The notes beneath the pieces were generated by a model. That model saw nothing but the letters and a program-made list of their open reading frames with translations. It had not been told where the DNA came from and searched no databases. This document shows, piece by piece, positions 38,829 to 51,000 of a stretch of 64,000 nucleotides of DNA. The stretch comes from Azolla caroliniana (Eukaryota > Plantae > Polypodiophyta). The position numbers and the translations under genes were made by a program. Location: NCBI GenBank assembly GCA_043228905.1, contig JBHGNT010000006.1, positions 4,526,001 through 4,590,000 of the forward strand, given 5' to 3'. Every line of letters begins with the position of its first letter. Position 1 is the stretch's first letter.

Positions 38829-41800
38829 ATGGGAAGAGGATCCAGAGGATGTGGAAATTCAGATGTTTTTATCGGCACCACATTAGTAGATAAGTATGGG
38901 AAATGTGGATTACTCAGTAAAGCATACGCAACATTTGAGCTCTTACGTTCCCGAGATGTGGTCGCCTGGACTTCTCTCATTTCAGGATATGCTCAACATG
39001 GACATGGAAAAGAAGCCTTCCTCTGTTTCGAATCAATGAAATGTGAAGGTCTCTTTCCAAATACCATAACTTATGTTTGCATTCTGAATGGATGTAGTAA
39101 AATAGGAGTTATCAGTAAAGGTAGAGAGATACATGCTGAGATTGTCCGACAAGGATTACTGGATAAAAGTATCGTGGTTGGAAATGCATTGATCAATATG
39201 TATGCCAAAGTTGGTGACCTTAATAACGCAGAAGAAGTGTTTGATGGGCTTCCATATAGGAATGTGATTTCCTGGACTGCTCTTATTGCTGGATATGCTC
39301 AATGCAAACGTGACAAAGAGGCATTAAATTGCTTTGAACGTATGCAATATAGTGGCCTCCCTCCTGATGGGGTTATTTGGGCGTGTGTTTTACAAATTTA
39401 TGGAAATAGGAGAGCCATCATCAAGGGAAGGGCAATACATATGGAGGTTGTTAAAAAGGGGTTGTTTGGAAAAGATGTTTCAACCAATAATGGATTGTTA
39501 GACATGTATGCAAAATGTGGGGCAGTCATAGAAGTGCACAAAGTGTTGAAGAGTTTACAAGCAAGGGGCATTGTTTCTTGGAATGCAATCATTTCAGGAT
39601 ATGCTGAAAATGAGAATTATGAGGGTATCTTAGACTGTTTCAAGAAGATGCAAGATACAGGAATCCATCCAGATGCATCAACATTCATTTCCATTTTGAA
39701 GGCATGTGGCAATGCAAATGCAATCGATATGGGTAAGAAAATACATGGTGATATTGTTATAACTGGCATGTTAGAAAGCAATATGTTGATTGGAACTGCA
39801 TTGATAGATATGTATGGCAAATGTGGTGCCCTTGTAAAAGCAAGAGAAATGTTTGAGCAGCTTCCTGTTTGGGATGTTGTGTCTTGGACTGCGCTAATTT
39901 CTGCATATGCTCAACATGGATGTTGTGAGGAAGCACTGAATTGTTTTAGACAAATGCAATGCGGGGGTTTCTCTCCAGATAAAGTCACGTATACTTGCAT
40001 TTTGAAAGTTTGTGGGAGCAGTATGGGTACAGTTCACAATGGCAGAGAGATACATATGCACATTGTCAGGGAGGAATTTCCAGAAAAAGATGACATGATT
40101 AAGAATGCATTGGTAGATATGTATATGAAATGTGGTGCACTCGTGGATGCACAACGATTGTTCAACATGCTCACAACCCAGGGTGTGGCAGCTTGGAATA
40201 CAATGATCACAGGTTATGTCCACCATGGATTTCCTGAAATAGCACTTGATTATTTTGAACGAATGAAATGTAATGGCCTTCCACCAGATTCAGGTACTGT
40301 TCGTTATGTTTTGGAAGCTTATAGTGGCAGCTGCTTACAAATATTGGATAAAGGAAAGGAAAGACACATTGAAATTCTTCATCAGGGGTACCTGAAGAAA
40401 GATACTTTAATCGCCAATGCATTATTGGACATGTATGTGAGGTTGCATGCACCTCTTGAAGCACAGGAAGTGTTCAATAAGATGATGGTTCGAGACATTG
40501 TCTCTTGGAACTTATTGGTCATGTCTTACTCTCACTGCGGGTTTAATGCCCACAAAGTACTGGGCTGTTTTGCACGTATGAAAATTGAAGGTTTTTTACC
40601 GAACATAAACACATATGCTTGTGCTTTGAATGCTTGTGGCAACTTAAAGGCATCTCATTATGGCAGAAGAATACATGTTCAGATTCTTAAAGAGTGTTTG
40701 CTGGAAGAAAAAGATAATGTGGCTGGTAACTCGCTAGTGGACATGTATGGAAAGTGTGGATTTCTTGCAAAAGCACAACAAGTGTTTGATGCACTTCCAT
40801 GTAAAAATGTGATCTCATGGACTGCACTCATATCAGCATATGTTCAACATGCACATAGCAAGGAAGCATTATCATGTTTTCGGCACATGCAACAAGAGGG
40901 TATTTATCCTGATATAGTGACATATAGTTTTATCTTGAAAGCATGTGGCAACATGCAAGCAATCAAAGATGGTATAGAAACACACACTAAGATTCTCAGG
41001 GAGTGGTTAAGAAAAGATATTTTGGTGGGAAACACGTTGATTGATATGTATTGCAAATGTGGTTTACTGGCAAAAGCCCAAGAAGTGTTTAATGAGCTTT
41101 TAAGTCGGGACGCTGTCACTTGGGGCTTGCTAATCTCCGCATATGCTCATTATGGGTACTGTGACTCGGCAGTGACCTACTTTCAACAAATGGAACTCGA
41201 AGGTAGCTTCTCATTGGATTCAATTTCCTATGTTCATGTCTTAAAAGCGTGTGGTAGCATTGGAGCATTTGATAAAGGAATAGAAATACATGAAAAAATT
41301 AAAATACGTAGGGATTTGCATGAAAAGCAGGGTTTAATCGGTAATGCATTGGTGGATATGTATGCCAAATGTGGTCAACCTACAAAAGCACAAGAAGCAT
41401 TTGATCAGCTTTTGAATCGGGATGTAGTTTCATGGACAGCACTGATGGCAGGATATGCCCAAGTCGGGAGGGATCGCATTGTTCTGGATTCATATGAAAG
41501 AATGATCGGAGAAGGTATCAACCCTGATGTAGTCACGTTCACTGTTTTGCTCAATGCATGCAGTGATGCAGGTCTATTGGATGAAGGAAAGATTTACTTT
41601 GAAACAATGATAAGAAGCTATGGTATCATCCCAACACAAGAACATTGCGCATGCATGGTGGATCTTTTCAGCAGGGCAGGCCAGTTTGACAAGGCATTGG
41701 TAGTTATTGAGAGGATGCCAAGATTCGATCATGTTCCTACATGGGCAACTCTGTTGGGAGCTTGTAAGAAATGGGGTTATTTGAAGCTCGGAGAACTAGC

Positions 41801-41909
41801 TTTTGAACATCTGGTGCAATTGGATGTAAATAATGCTGCAGTATATGTCTCTATGGGTAACATCTATGCAGCAGGTTTGGCCAGTGAAGAACTTAAGTCA
41901 CATATTTGA
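38829..41909 (+). CDS. PLS-class pentatricopeptide repeat protein (~9 PLS triplets, P2-L2-S2, E1, truncated E2, no DYW); probable organellar RNA-binding or editing specificity factor
   Basis: 1026-aa intronless ORF. Nine xLVDMYxKCG-type motifs alternate with VVSWTALIxGY and TYxxILKAC motifs. It ends WATLLGACKKW...AAVYVSMGNIYAAG. The true N-terminus is uncertain. Confidence 0.93.
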   Translation: MGRGSRGCGNSDVFIGTTLVDKYGKCGLLSKAYATFELLRSRDVVAWTSLISGYAQHGHGKEAFLCFESMKCEGLFPNTITYVCILNGCSKIGVISKGREIHAEIVRQGLLDKSIVVGNALINMYAKVGDLNNAEEVFDGLPYRNVISWTALIAGYAQCKRDKEALNCFERMQYSGLPPDGVIWACVLQIYGNRRAIIKGRAIHMEVVKKGLFGKDVSTNNGLLDMYAKCGAVIEVHKVLKSLQARGIVSWNAIISGYAENENYEGILDCFKKMQDTGIHPDASTFISILKACGNANAIDMGKKIHGDIVITGMLESNMLIGTALIDMYGKCGALVKAREMFEQLPVWDVVSWTALISAYAQHGCCEEALNCFRQMQCGGFSPDKVTYTCILKVCGSSMGTVHNGREIHMHIVREEFPEKDDMIKNALVDMYMKCGALVDAQRLFNMLTTQGVAAWNTMITGYVHHGFPEIALDYFERMKCNGLPPDSGTVRYVLEAYSGSCLQILDKGKERHIEILHQGYLKKDTLIANALLDMYVRLHAPLEAQEVFNKMMVRDIVSWNLLVMSYSHCGFNAHKVLGCFARMKIEGFLPNINTYACALNACGNLKASHYGRRIHVQILKECLLEEKDNVAGNSLVDMYGKCGFLAKAQQVFDALPCKNVISWTALISAYVQHAHSKEALSCFRHMQQEGIYPDIVTYSFILKACGNMQAIKDGIETHTKILREWLRKDILVGNTLIDMYCKCGLLAKAQEVFNELLSRDAVTWGLLISAYAHYGYCDSAVTYFQQMELEGSFSLDSISYVHVLKACGSIGAFDKGIEIHEKIKIRRDLHEKQGLIGNALVDMYAKCGQPTKAQEAFDQLLNRDVVSWTALMAGYAQVGRDRIVLDSYERMIGEGINPDVVTFTVLLNACSDAGLLDEGKIYFETMIRSYGIIPTQEHCACMVDLFSRAGQFDKALVVIERMPRFDHVPTWATLLGACKKWGYLKLGELAFEHLVQLDVNNAAVYVSMGNIYAAGLASEELKSHI

Positions 41910-42299
41910 TATGGAGGCACTGAGCAGTATATTATTAGGTTGATGGCCCTTCTGTTAGTTCTTCTATATGATGGGAATAACATCCATTCACATTAAGAAG
42001 CTTATAAATTTCATAACCTATTGGTGATGGAAGATTATGTCATTAGGAGCCATGTATGAAAAAATGTACATACTTTGACCGATGGTTACATGAGATGTGA
42101 TCAAACCTCTAAATAACATTTTGCCCATGAAACTTAAGAGTTGTGCCTCTCATCATTCATTGTTGAGTCCTAAGTATTGTGGCATCATTTATCTTCCACT
42201 TAATAATGAACTGTAATTTATCTGTTTGCATCAACTACTCTTAGCACTATCAGTTTGAAGTGTTCATAACTAAGGTCTATTATGTAATTAACCTAACAA

Positions 42300-43150
42300 G
42301 GTCCAATTTGTGAGTACGCACGTAGCAGCAATAGTGCCAGGCTGCTATCTATTGTCAAGAACTGCTGACTAACAACTGCCTCACATCACAAGACCGAGAA
42401 ATATCAACAATGAGCCCATCTGGTGGAGGGAAATCTACAAGAATATAGGGATGAATTGAAAGAGGTTGACTAACGCTTCTTGCCAAGTTGAATCCTCCAA
42501 CAACATGGTGGAGCCGTTGCTCCAAATTGCTCAATGATAAACAATCACAGCTAAAAAACATACCCCCACCCTTGATGTTGATACCTCCAGTGTAAAACTC
42601 TTAGAATGCCAACATGCTGTTGCTACTACCTGCATTCAAGGCTCAAAGAATGACACCATGACAAATCTGACCAAACCAACAAGTCCAATGCTTGGGCTTC
42701 TCGAGGGAAGGATGTCATCATCGACTGCGCATATCAGGAATCTTTTGTTTGCAGATCACATCCAACCAAATCCCAATGATCATCAATTTCTTTGCACAAA
42801 TTATGGCAGGCGCGATCACCATCACCACCATGCCAAAGGGCCAGACCACCGAAAGTGTGGAACTGCATCTTCTGTGAGCTGACCATGAAAGCCTACTTCC
42901 TAGATATTGACGAAGTAGCCCACTCTGATCGGAGATTGAGTTACAGGGTGAGGGGAGTTGTACCTAGCAGTCTTAGCTGGAACTCACCATTTTGAACAAG
43001 ATGTACACCAATCTCGACACACAGGTTATGTGTTGAGTCTACCACAGATCAGGAAGTAGAACAACCAATTGTCGATTGATTGGGAGGTAAATGCACCCTT
43101 GGATGGTCTGCACCCTGACATCACCACCACTCCTATAGTTAGTTATGTAG
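42300..43150 (-). mobile_element. Highly decayed Ty3/gypsy RT-RNaseH relic
   Basis: Frameshifted fragments RPSKGAFTS (like gypsy IRPSxSPFAS) and FE..MQVVATA...SKSFTLEVSTSRVGV (like FxxLKxxxxxAPVL..DFSKPFxLExDAS.xG). Confidence 0.45.
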
Positions 43151-45048
43151 CTTCACACAGTGCATTCTTGAAAAACTACCATACATTCACAGTATCATAT
43201 TGGTGGTGACACATAAGCAATTCCTCTAATGTGTCTACATGAGTGCCGTTGTTTTGAATCTTGATGTTTCATCTTCAATGTCCAATCTGGGGCATGCGTT
43301 GTTTTGGATTTACCGTGTTTGAATAACTTTACTCTTAAATGCATGTGTGTAAAACTTAAGAACTTGGAGGTTGTATGGCATGTCCAATTGTTTTAGGGAA
43401 AGATTTCATTCCTTTTAGTGCATATAGCTCATCATGGTTGATTGCATTTTTGTTGTCTCCTTTAGGGATATCATCGACCTCATTCCCTACAATATGTCCA
43501 ATGCTTCTATTGTGTCTCCATTGAATAACACTTTCCCGTCATTGATGTCATTAACATATTGAACCAATTGTCTAATGTAGGAAGAGATTTTGTTCCTTTT
43601 AGAGCTGCATCGTGCATATAGCTCATCATGGTTGATTCTTTTACATTTTTACCAAGGTTGAATTTCTGTTAGTTTCCTTTTGGATTTGTTTCTATGTAAA
43701 GGGATGTCATTGACCTCATTCTCTACATATGTCCAATGCTTCTATTATGTCTCCATTAACTGATAATTTCCCTTCATTATTAATTAGCGCAATTATCATA
43801 TTTAACCATGTAACACCTATTTTAGCTTACAAATGTTTTGTTGTTGACTTTGGCGTAATAGTGATATTGCCCTAACATTAATATTCTTTAGCTCTTCATA
43901 GTTGTCTTCTTGCTCTACATTAATATTAGATTTCACCCTCCTATCTTCTTGTAGGCGTAGACTTGGGTACCAATTTTAAATGCTAATTTTAACATAATTA
44001 AGGGTAGGATAAGTGACCACAAGAATAGTTGGACTTGAAACAACCCATAAGGATTTAGGACACATGACTGCATCAGCCTGCATGTGATGTCTAGCAGCCT
44101 AGGAAATTCAAATATATTAATAAGACTAAGTACTCCTCTCCCCCCCCGCTTTAAACAACTCAATTGCAATGTAGAGAATCAGTTGGCGAGAAAAAGTTCT
44201 CTTATTTTGGATCAATAGTCGGGTTGATTTGTAGGGCATAATGCTGGGTTGAATTCAATGGTATGAAATGCTAATGGGGTTTTGTAGTTCTTATATCTCA
44301 TGCTGAAGGACGCTTGGTGTGTAAAAGCACCCTTAATCCATTATGTTTCTTTGATCTTTCACCAAAACAAAATCCTTTTTCCAATATAAACTTGTCTTCA
44401 ATACAACATTTCCAAATATGGCTTTTCACATCATTCTTCTTGGTATACCTCAATACTTAGTTTCTTATTCGAATCACGAGCTACAAAATATATGGTATAT
44501 ATCATCACTTCAAATTTAGTTCCTTGGATATTCTAGGCTATAGAGGTCTCTTTTACAAAGAGTGTCATTTCTTCTCTTGCATTTCATTCATTCACTGAAT
44601 ATTGGAACCACTTGACTTGAAAAACCATGCATGTACTAATAACTTGATGTTGTTTGGAAAATTCATTCAAACCAAGATGTTTAAGATCACTATGAATTCC
44701 AAAAATTGAACGCATATATAATGAATGTTGATTTCCCCTAGAGAGTAAAAAATAAAAACAAATTCAAAATTTGTGTCCTGTTATCATTTCTGAAGAGAGA
44801 CTATCACAAGAGAGCCACAGTTCAGGAGGATGTCGCAAAAAAAAAAACTTTTTCTATGAACTATTTGGTATACAGGATTTCTTCATTTACAAGCGAGAGC
44901 TCGAATTAGCTCCTCATGCCCAAAAGAATTTGAACGTTAATACTTTTACACTAATTATATTACAAAGGAGACTGAATAACGCCTTTTCTGCTTTCAAAGA
45001 TCAGCCTCCAGCTTAACTACTCAGTAAGGCAAAATAAACTTTTAAGAA

Positions 45049-48000
45049 TTATAGGTGATGCTTCTTCAGTCTCAATCGATCAATATTACTGCTCTGTCTA
45101 CGTCTACCGACTTTTGAATCATAATTCTCATCATCAGAATCAGCAAAATTAGCATCATCCAAATAATCATCATCATAATCATCGCCACTATATGCCTCAT
45201 TTTCTTCAAAAGGAATCGGCTTTATACTACCCATGGGAAAGCTTCTTCTGTGAGACGAGCGTAAACTGGCTACACGACCTTGAACTTGGGACTCCAAAGG
45301 TTCAATGTGGTGCCCTGGAGGGAGGGAAGCTCGATTCCTTTTCTTTGATGAGTTGCTTATGTAGGTGGAATAATCCATTGAGTCTTCTTTTAGAAGTCTC
45401 TTAAAAACCTACATTCAACAGTCAATGATTAATGATATGCACGAAGGAATATAAACAGCATTTTGATGGCTCTCTTGTGCAGTCATCGATATAATATCCC
45501 AGTCAGTACAGCCAAAGTTACCATGGAAAACTTAATATATGGTAGGTTATTTCTGATACAAAGTTATTTCTCTAATGAAACAATTCTCCAGCCAGGATTC
45601 CGTTTTCTGTTAAACCCTATTGAGCACAGTTCGCTCCAGGATTAAGTAGTTGTGATCACAAGGTAATAAAAATCATCTACCATTATGGAGATCAACTTCC
45701 ATCATGCTTTCTGATCTTTATTTTCAAACTGACTTTCTTACGTTGACCAGCAAGAATTTCTATTTCTATACTAATACTGGTTTATATCATTGATGAAAAC
45801 ATACTACAGAAGAAAACCCTGAAGGAAACCACTGAACATCAGGGGAATTGACACACAAGTACCTGATACTGCTCCAACATTTGTTTGACTGTTTTGGTTA
45901 CATTGGTTAGAATCTCTTTACAGCTGAATTCTTTGACATTCTGCTTTGACAAAGTCTCTCCAGGCTTAATGGGCTCTGTTGGTGTGAATGCCTGAAAATC
46001 AAACAATCAATCTCTCTTTACTTTTATATTTACGGAGTAATATTTATTTTATTTTGATTTGTTGATTTGTTGTTCTCAAAGACGAAACAACACTTTAAGA
46101 TGTAATCTCTTGTTTGGTCTTATAGGCCATTTTGGCCTCTTAAAAGACGTTAATATATCTTTCTTACTTTCTTTCTTTCTGGAAAAGTATATTCACAATA
46201 TCAATGTCAAATATCAGGGCACTGCATCAGTTGCAAATATCACATTGGGGAAGGGATATATTGTATTGTTTGAATTACGATACCCCAAACAGATGGTCTA
46301 CTGGAATCATGGATGCATCTTGCTCTTTGGATAGCTACCTAATCAGTGTGTAGAACCAACCATTCCGACGTTTTTAGTATGCATTACATACTTAATAGGG
46401 CAAAACACCAATATTCCTAACTTTTTGTTTCTTCATCCCATTAAGAAGAGGAAGAAATTAGAACTTGTTACATGATTCACAAATTTGTACATAATACAGC
46501 ATATGCCTTACAAAAACTCCAAAAACGCCAAGGATTGATTAATTGTCCAGATGCAAGAAGCAACAGCGAGTGCAGAGTAAGCATACAAATGAGCATAAAG
46601 AAATCATTCTCAATTATGTGATAGCAAGGGAAAGAAAGAAACAATGCTGAAATATAAAATCAAGAAAGAGAAAGGTTGAATTACGTGATTACTTCTCTTA
46701 CCTGACAACGAGCATCATTGAGATTGTACATTATTTTTACATGTCTCTTTAATCGCAGCAATAATGCCAACGCCGCTGCTGCTACACACTCTTCCTGAAA
46801 AATAACATCATATGCATTAAGAAAACTACAAATCAGATGCAAAGCTACATTGGAAAGAGAATTACAATTCCTAAAAGAGGATAGTTCCTTTATGGTATGG
46901 GAATAATTGACAAAAGAATATAGCTATCTAAGTGACAGGTTTGGGAATTGAGAATGCAATTCAGACAATCCACAGAAAAAAGATATGATAGTTAATCACC
47001 CTCAGCTTTGAAACTGCGACTTCTGGAATTCCATCAGTATCATCAACAAGAGTTTCTTCAGTCTTCTGAACCTTCACAGTATCCAGATTGTAGGCATTTT
47101 CATTTTCTTGTTCACGTTGGACGGCTATAGTTTCTATGGCTTTCTTTGCAACAGCCCCAAGAGGGCCTTCGACTATTAATGACTTAATGTTTGCTTCAAT
47201 TGCCCCTGCTCGTACTTGCACCATTCGATTTATGGTATATACGAGGTATAATGGTTCATCAGGTAACGTAAAAGGTAATGAACCAAGAATCTCCGTGCAA
47301 TACCTGAAAAAACAAAAGATAAGATGTGATATTTTGGGTGACCACTTTTTTAACTACACTACAGCAAAAAGAAAAAACTGAAAATTATTTCCAATAAGTT
47401 ACCTAGATTCACTCATATAAATCATATACAGCACAAAAATAAAAATACAAAGTGTTAAAACAGAGGCTTACAAACACATTCAATGAAGAGAAACAAGAGA
47501 ACATACACAAGAAAAGAAAGTGACAAATGACCCCAGGTAGAAACATCGAATTTCCGAACAACAGATGAAATGAACTTGTTTCGGGATATCCGACTGCCAC
47601 GAATAAGTTTATAAGCCCGACTTATTCCTGCCTTAGCTGAGAATGCTGAAGTTGCATCCAATTTGCTTCTTAAATTGCCAGGTGTTTTGGGTGTAACTTG
47701 TGTTTGAGGTGATGTGGACGCACCAGATTGTATAAATTTAAAAGAAAGCTGAAGCCCATCTCCTAGCCGACTTTCAAAAAACGAAGGATACCTAGCCAAA
47801 AGCTTTTTATGTCACAACAATACATTGCTTAAAAAAGCTTAACACCATAATTAGAATGCTCAGAATTATACTTCTCATTCATTTGAGACAATAACCGGTG
47901 AGCAAGCTTAGAATTAGCTTCTTGTTGATCCACTTCAAGTGCTATCAAGTGTGGCACGCAAGTCATTGGATGGACTAAACCCTGCCGCAAAACTATTTCA

Positions 48001-51000
48001 ATCACCTACACAACCAAGACATTCAGTTGACTGCTGTGATAAGAAAACCTCATTGATGAAAAATAATTCAGTAAATCAAAACTCTTACCTTGACTGCAGC
48101 ATGTCTGACCTGATCATTGATATCTAGACATTGTTCTAAGATATAGTCCCAATGTAGCTGAATAATACCTCCACAAATGTTACTATCACCTGCTCCTGCT
48201 GCCACAGGAACAATGCCAGAATCTTGTTTAGGTTTACTTGATAAATCATCTCCAACTTCACCAACTCCCATCTTTTCTTCAACATCAGCTAGGTAGTCAT
48301 AAAAATTCCTCAGAGTTTGTATCTGCAAGGTGAATAATGCAAATACAGCAAGCCTTTGATACTATGTAAAAATAGAACAAAATTGATCTATGATGCATCA
48401 GGAACTTAACCTTTTCGGTATAGTGAAAAACACGTGCTAATTTACCTTAATCCGCGAATCAGCAGAAGAAGAGAGTGTAGCCTCAATCATTTTCCCCGTG
48501 TCCTTATCCATCATAAACTCTGGCCTTGCAATAAAGAAAAAACCCAGAGCCTGCAATTTTTTCGGTTACAAGACTGTTAGATATATTATGTATTTCCATC
48601 CTTGACATCAAAATCAGAAAATGTAAACCTGTAATATACCTGAAGTGACCGAGCCTTCACATCAAAATCATCAGATAAAAGATAATGTTTAAATAGAGAG
48701 AGTAATTGCTCCACATTTGTCTCCTTATCATTCATAGAATCTATCATGTTAGCACCATATCTTGCTAGCAGTCCAAGGCAAAATAGACAACGCAACACAT
48801 TCTGCCAGTCACAATGTTGTGAGCATACTTTATTGGCATTCACTTTTGTTTTTAAAAATCAACAGATTACTGTCTGAAAAAGAGTAATTATAAATTTCAA
48901 AAATCTTTATTTCTAGTCTCCGTTGAAACTTTGGCTGAAGCCCGAAATTAAATTATTAAAGGAAGGAACTCTTATCCCACACATTAAATTAATTTAGTTT
49001 TAATCAATACGTGATGTTAAACATCCTAAGAGATTATACCATAATCTCAGTGAAATAGCCTCTTCTTTGTATTTCATTTCTATTCAGCATATTTAATATC
49101 AATGAACAGATGCTATTATGTGACTTTCACATTTCCCTTTGTTGTCACCCATAACAGTACACAATTTAGCCTCTTTTGATGGAAAACTTGGATGTAAATT
49201 CACATTAGTTTACATCCAATTTTATACATAAAATATGAAATAGCTATAGTATGTATGTTAGTATCGGAATTGCACATGCAAATAAATAAAAAGAGCATTG
49301 GTTTCCTCACAGGCTTTTCTGAGGGTCCAAAACGGTTTTTCCGCCAACTATCTAGCAACTTGAAGAATTTGTGGACCAGAAATTCAAACGAAGAGAGTCC
49401 TTTTGCAGCTACCATCCCTAGTGTACATAAGCATCTGCATAGAAAACTCTGAATATCAATGTTAATGAGAACATATTACGAAAGGAGATTGTATTAACAC
49501 AATTAGAAACATTACTTGATGCATGCATGTACTACAGTAAGAAAAGAATAACGAACAATAAGCTGCCTCAAATCTCGTTCAAGCTCTTCAACAAAATTCA
49601 GAGAAGGCCTCCGTAGCAAGGGCAGAACTGTATCTATCACAAATACAATACTCTGAAGTAGCTGAGCAACATCTCTATTGTCAATCTGCATTAGAGTAAA
49701 ATAGTGGATGGTAAAAAAAACTGCAACAAATCACAGATCTAGTTTGCAGGCAGAGGATGAAAAACTAGAAAAGAAATCACTCCTCGCCTGTGTCTTTAAG
49801 TAAGTTTGTAAAGTAACTGCATAACGTGATGGATCAGCAGCAGGTGCACATAAGGTTGGATCTACCATGCAGAATGAATGCAAGCCAAGAACATAAGGTA
49901 AAGCTCTTGTTTCTGCATCTTCACCATTTCTTTCCTCAGCCTATACAAAGATAATAAGTAAGAACACATCAAAAGGAAAACAAAAATGACAAACTTCAAC
50001 ATAGTACTCAAACCTTCAGAATGTCCTCTATTAAGCATTTACACATTAACTCGCAACGGTTTCTGACAGTAGCTTGCGAAACCAAGGTTGAAGCTGAATT
50101 CTTGGTAGTTTGGGGAATAAAATCCAATGCCAAGCTCCTTTTGATGATAGTTACCATCGCTTGAGGATTTTGCAAACATTTGAGGACATCGACTAGCTGT
50201 TGAACACGCTCCGATATCTCAGAAGGAATGCTACTACTATCTCCAACTTGATAAATATATTGATTACCAGGCTCCTCAAACCATATTTCATAGAATGTTC
50301 TACATACAAGATCCTGTATAGACAATAAGAATGAAATCTAGCATCAACATTTGACAAACAGATTTGATTCAGAGACCCAGTCCTATAAATTTTCAAGAAC
50401 AGGAAATAAAGAATCAATGTTGAAATAGTTTGCATGATATATAGTATAATATGCAAGACTCTCAGTTAGTGGCCAAACAATATCTCCTGATCAACCTCAT
50501 GAAAACTCTGAATATATGAGGCAGAGGTGGATTTCAGACCATTTTTAAATAGTAACCCTGAACATACCACCAGTTCAACTGTAGCACCTAGAAACAATCT
50601 ATTTTATATCCATGAATATCTTGACGGCATATGGAAACAGAAATGAATACACCAGATTAATATAGTGCATATTGAAGTGCACTTAAACATGCATACATAT
50701 ATAATAGATCATGCTAGAGAAAGAAAGTGACAGAAACGAAACGTCATACTAACAATTTTTCAGAACGCCAAAATGACAATTAAGACCAAATAAGCTTCAT
50801 TCTGTGAGATCTGATCATGCCTGATAACAAGAGAAATACAGAAAGCCCAGAAGATCGAGCAGGATGACTTATGAGACCAAATAAATTACATGAAATGCAA
50901 CAAAATGCGACATAAAGTATCTCAAAAATTCCCATACGAGTTTCTATAGGATGACATCAATATTCTCCATATGTGATCAGTGATCAGATCAGCTGATGCA

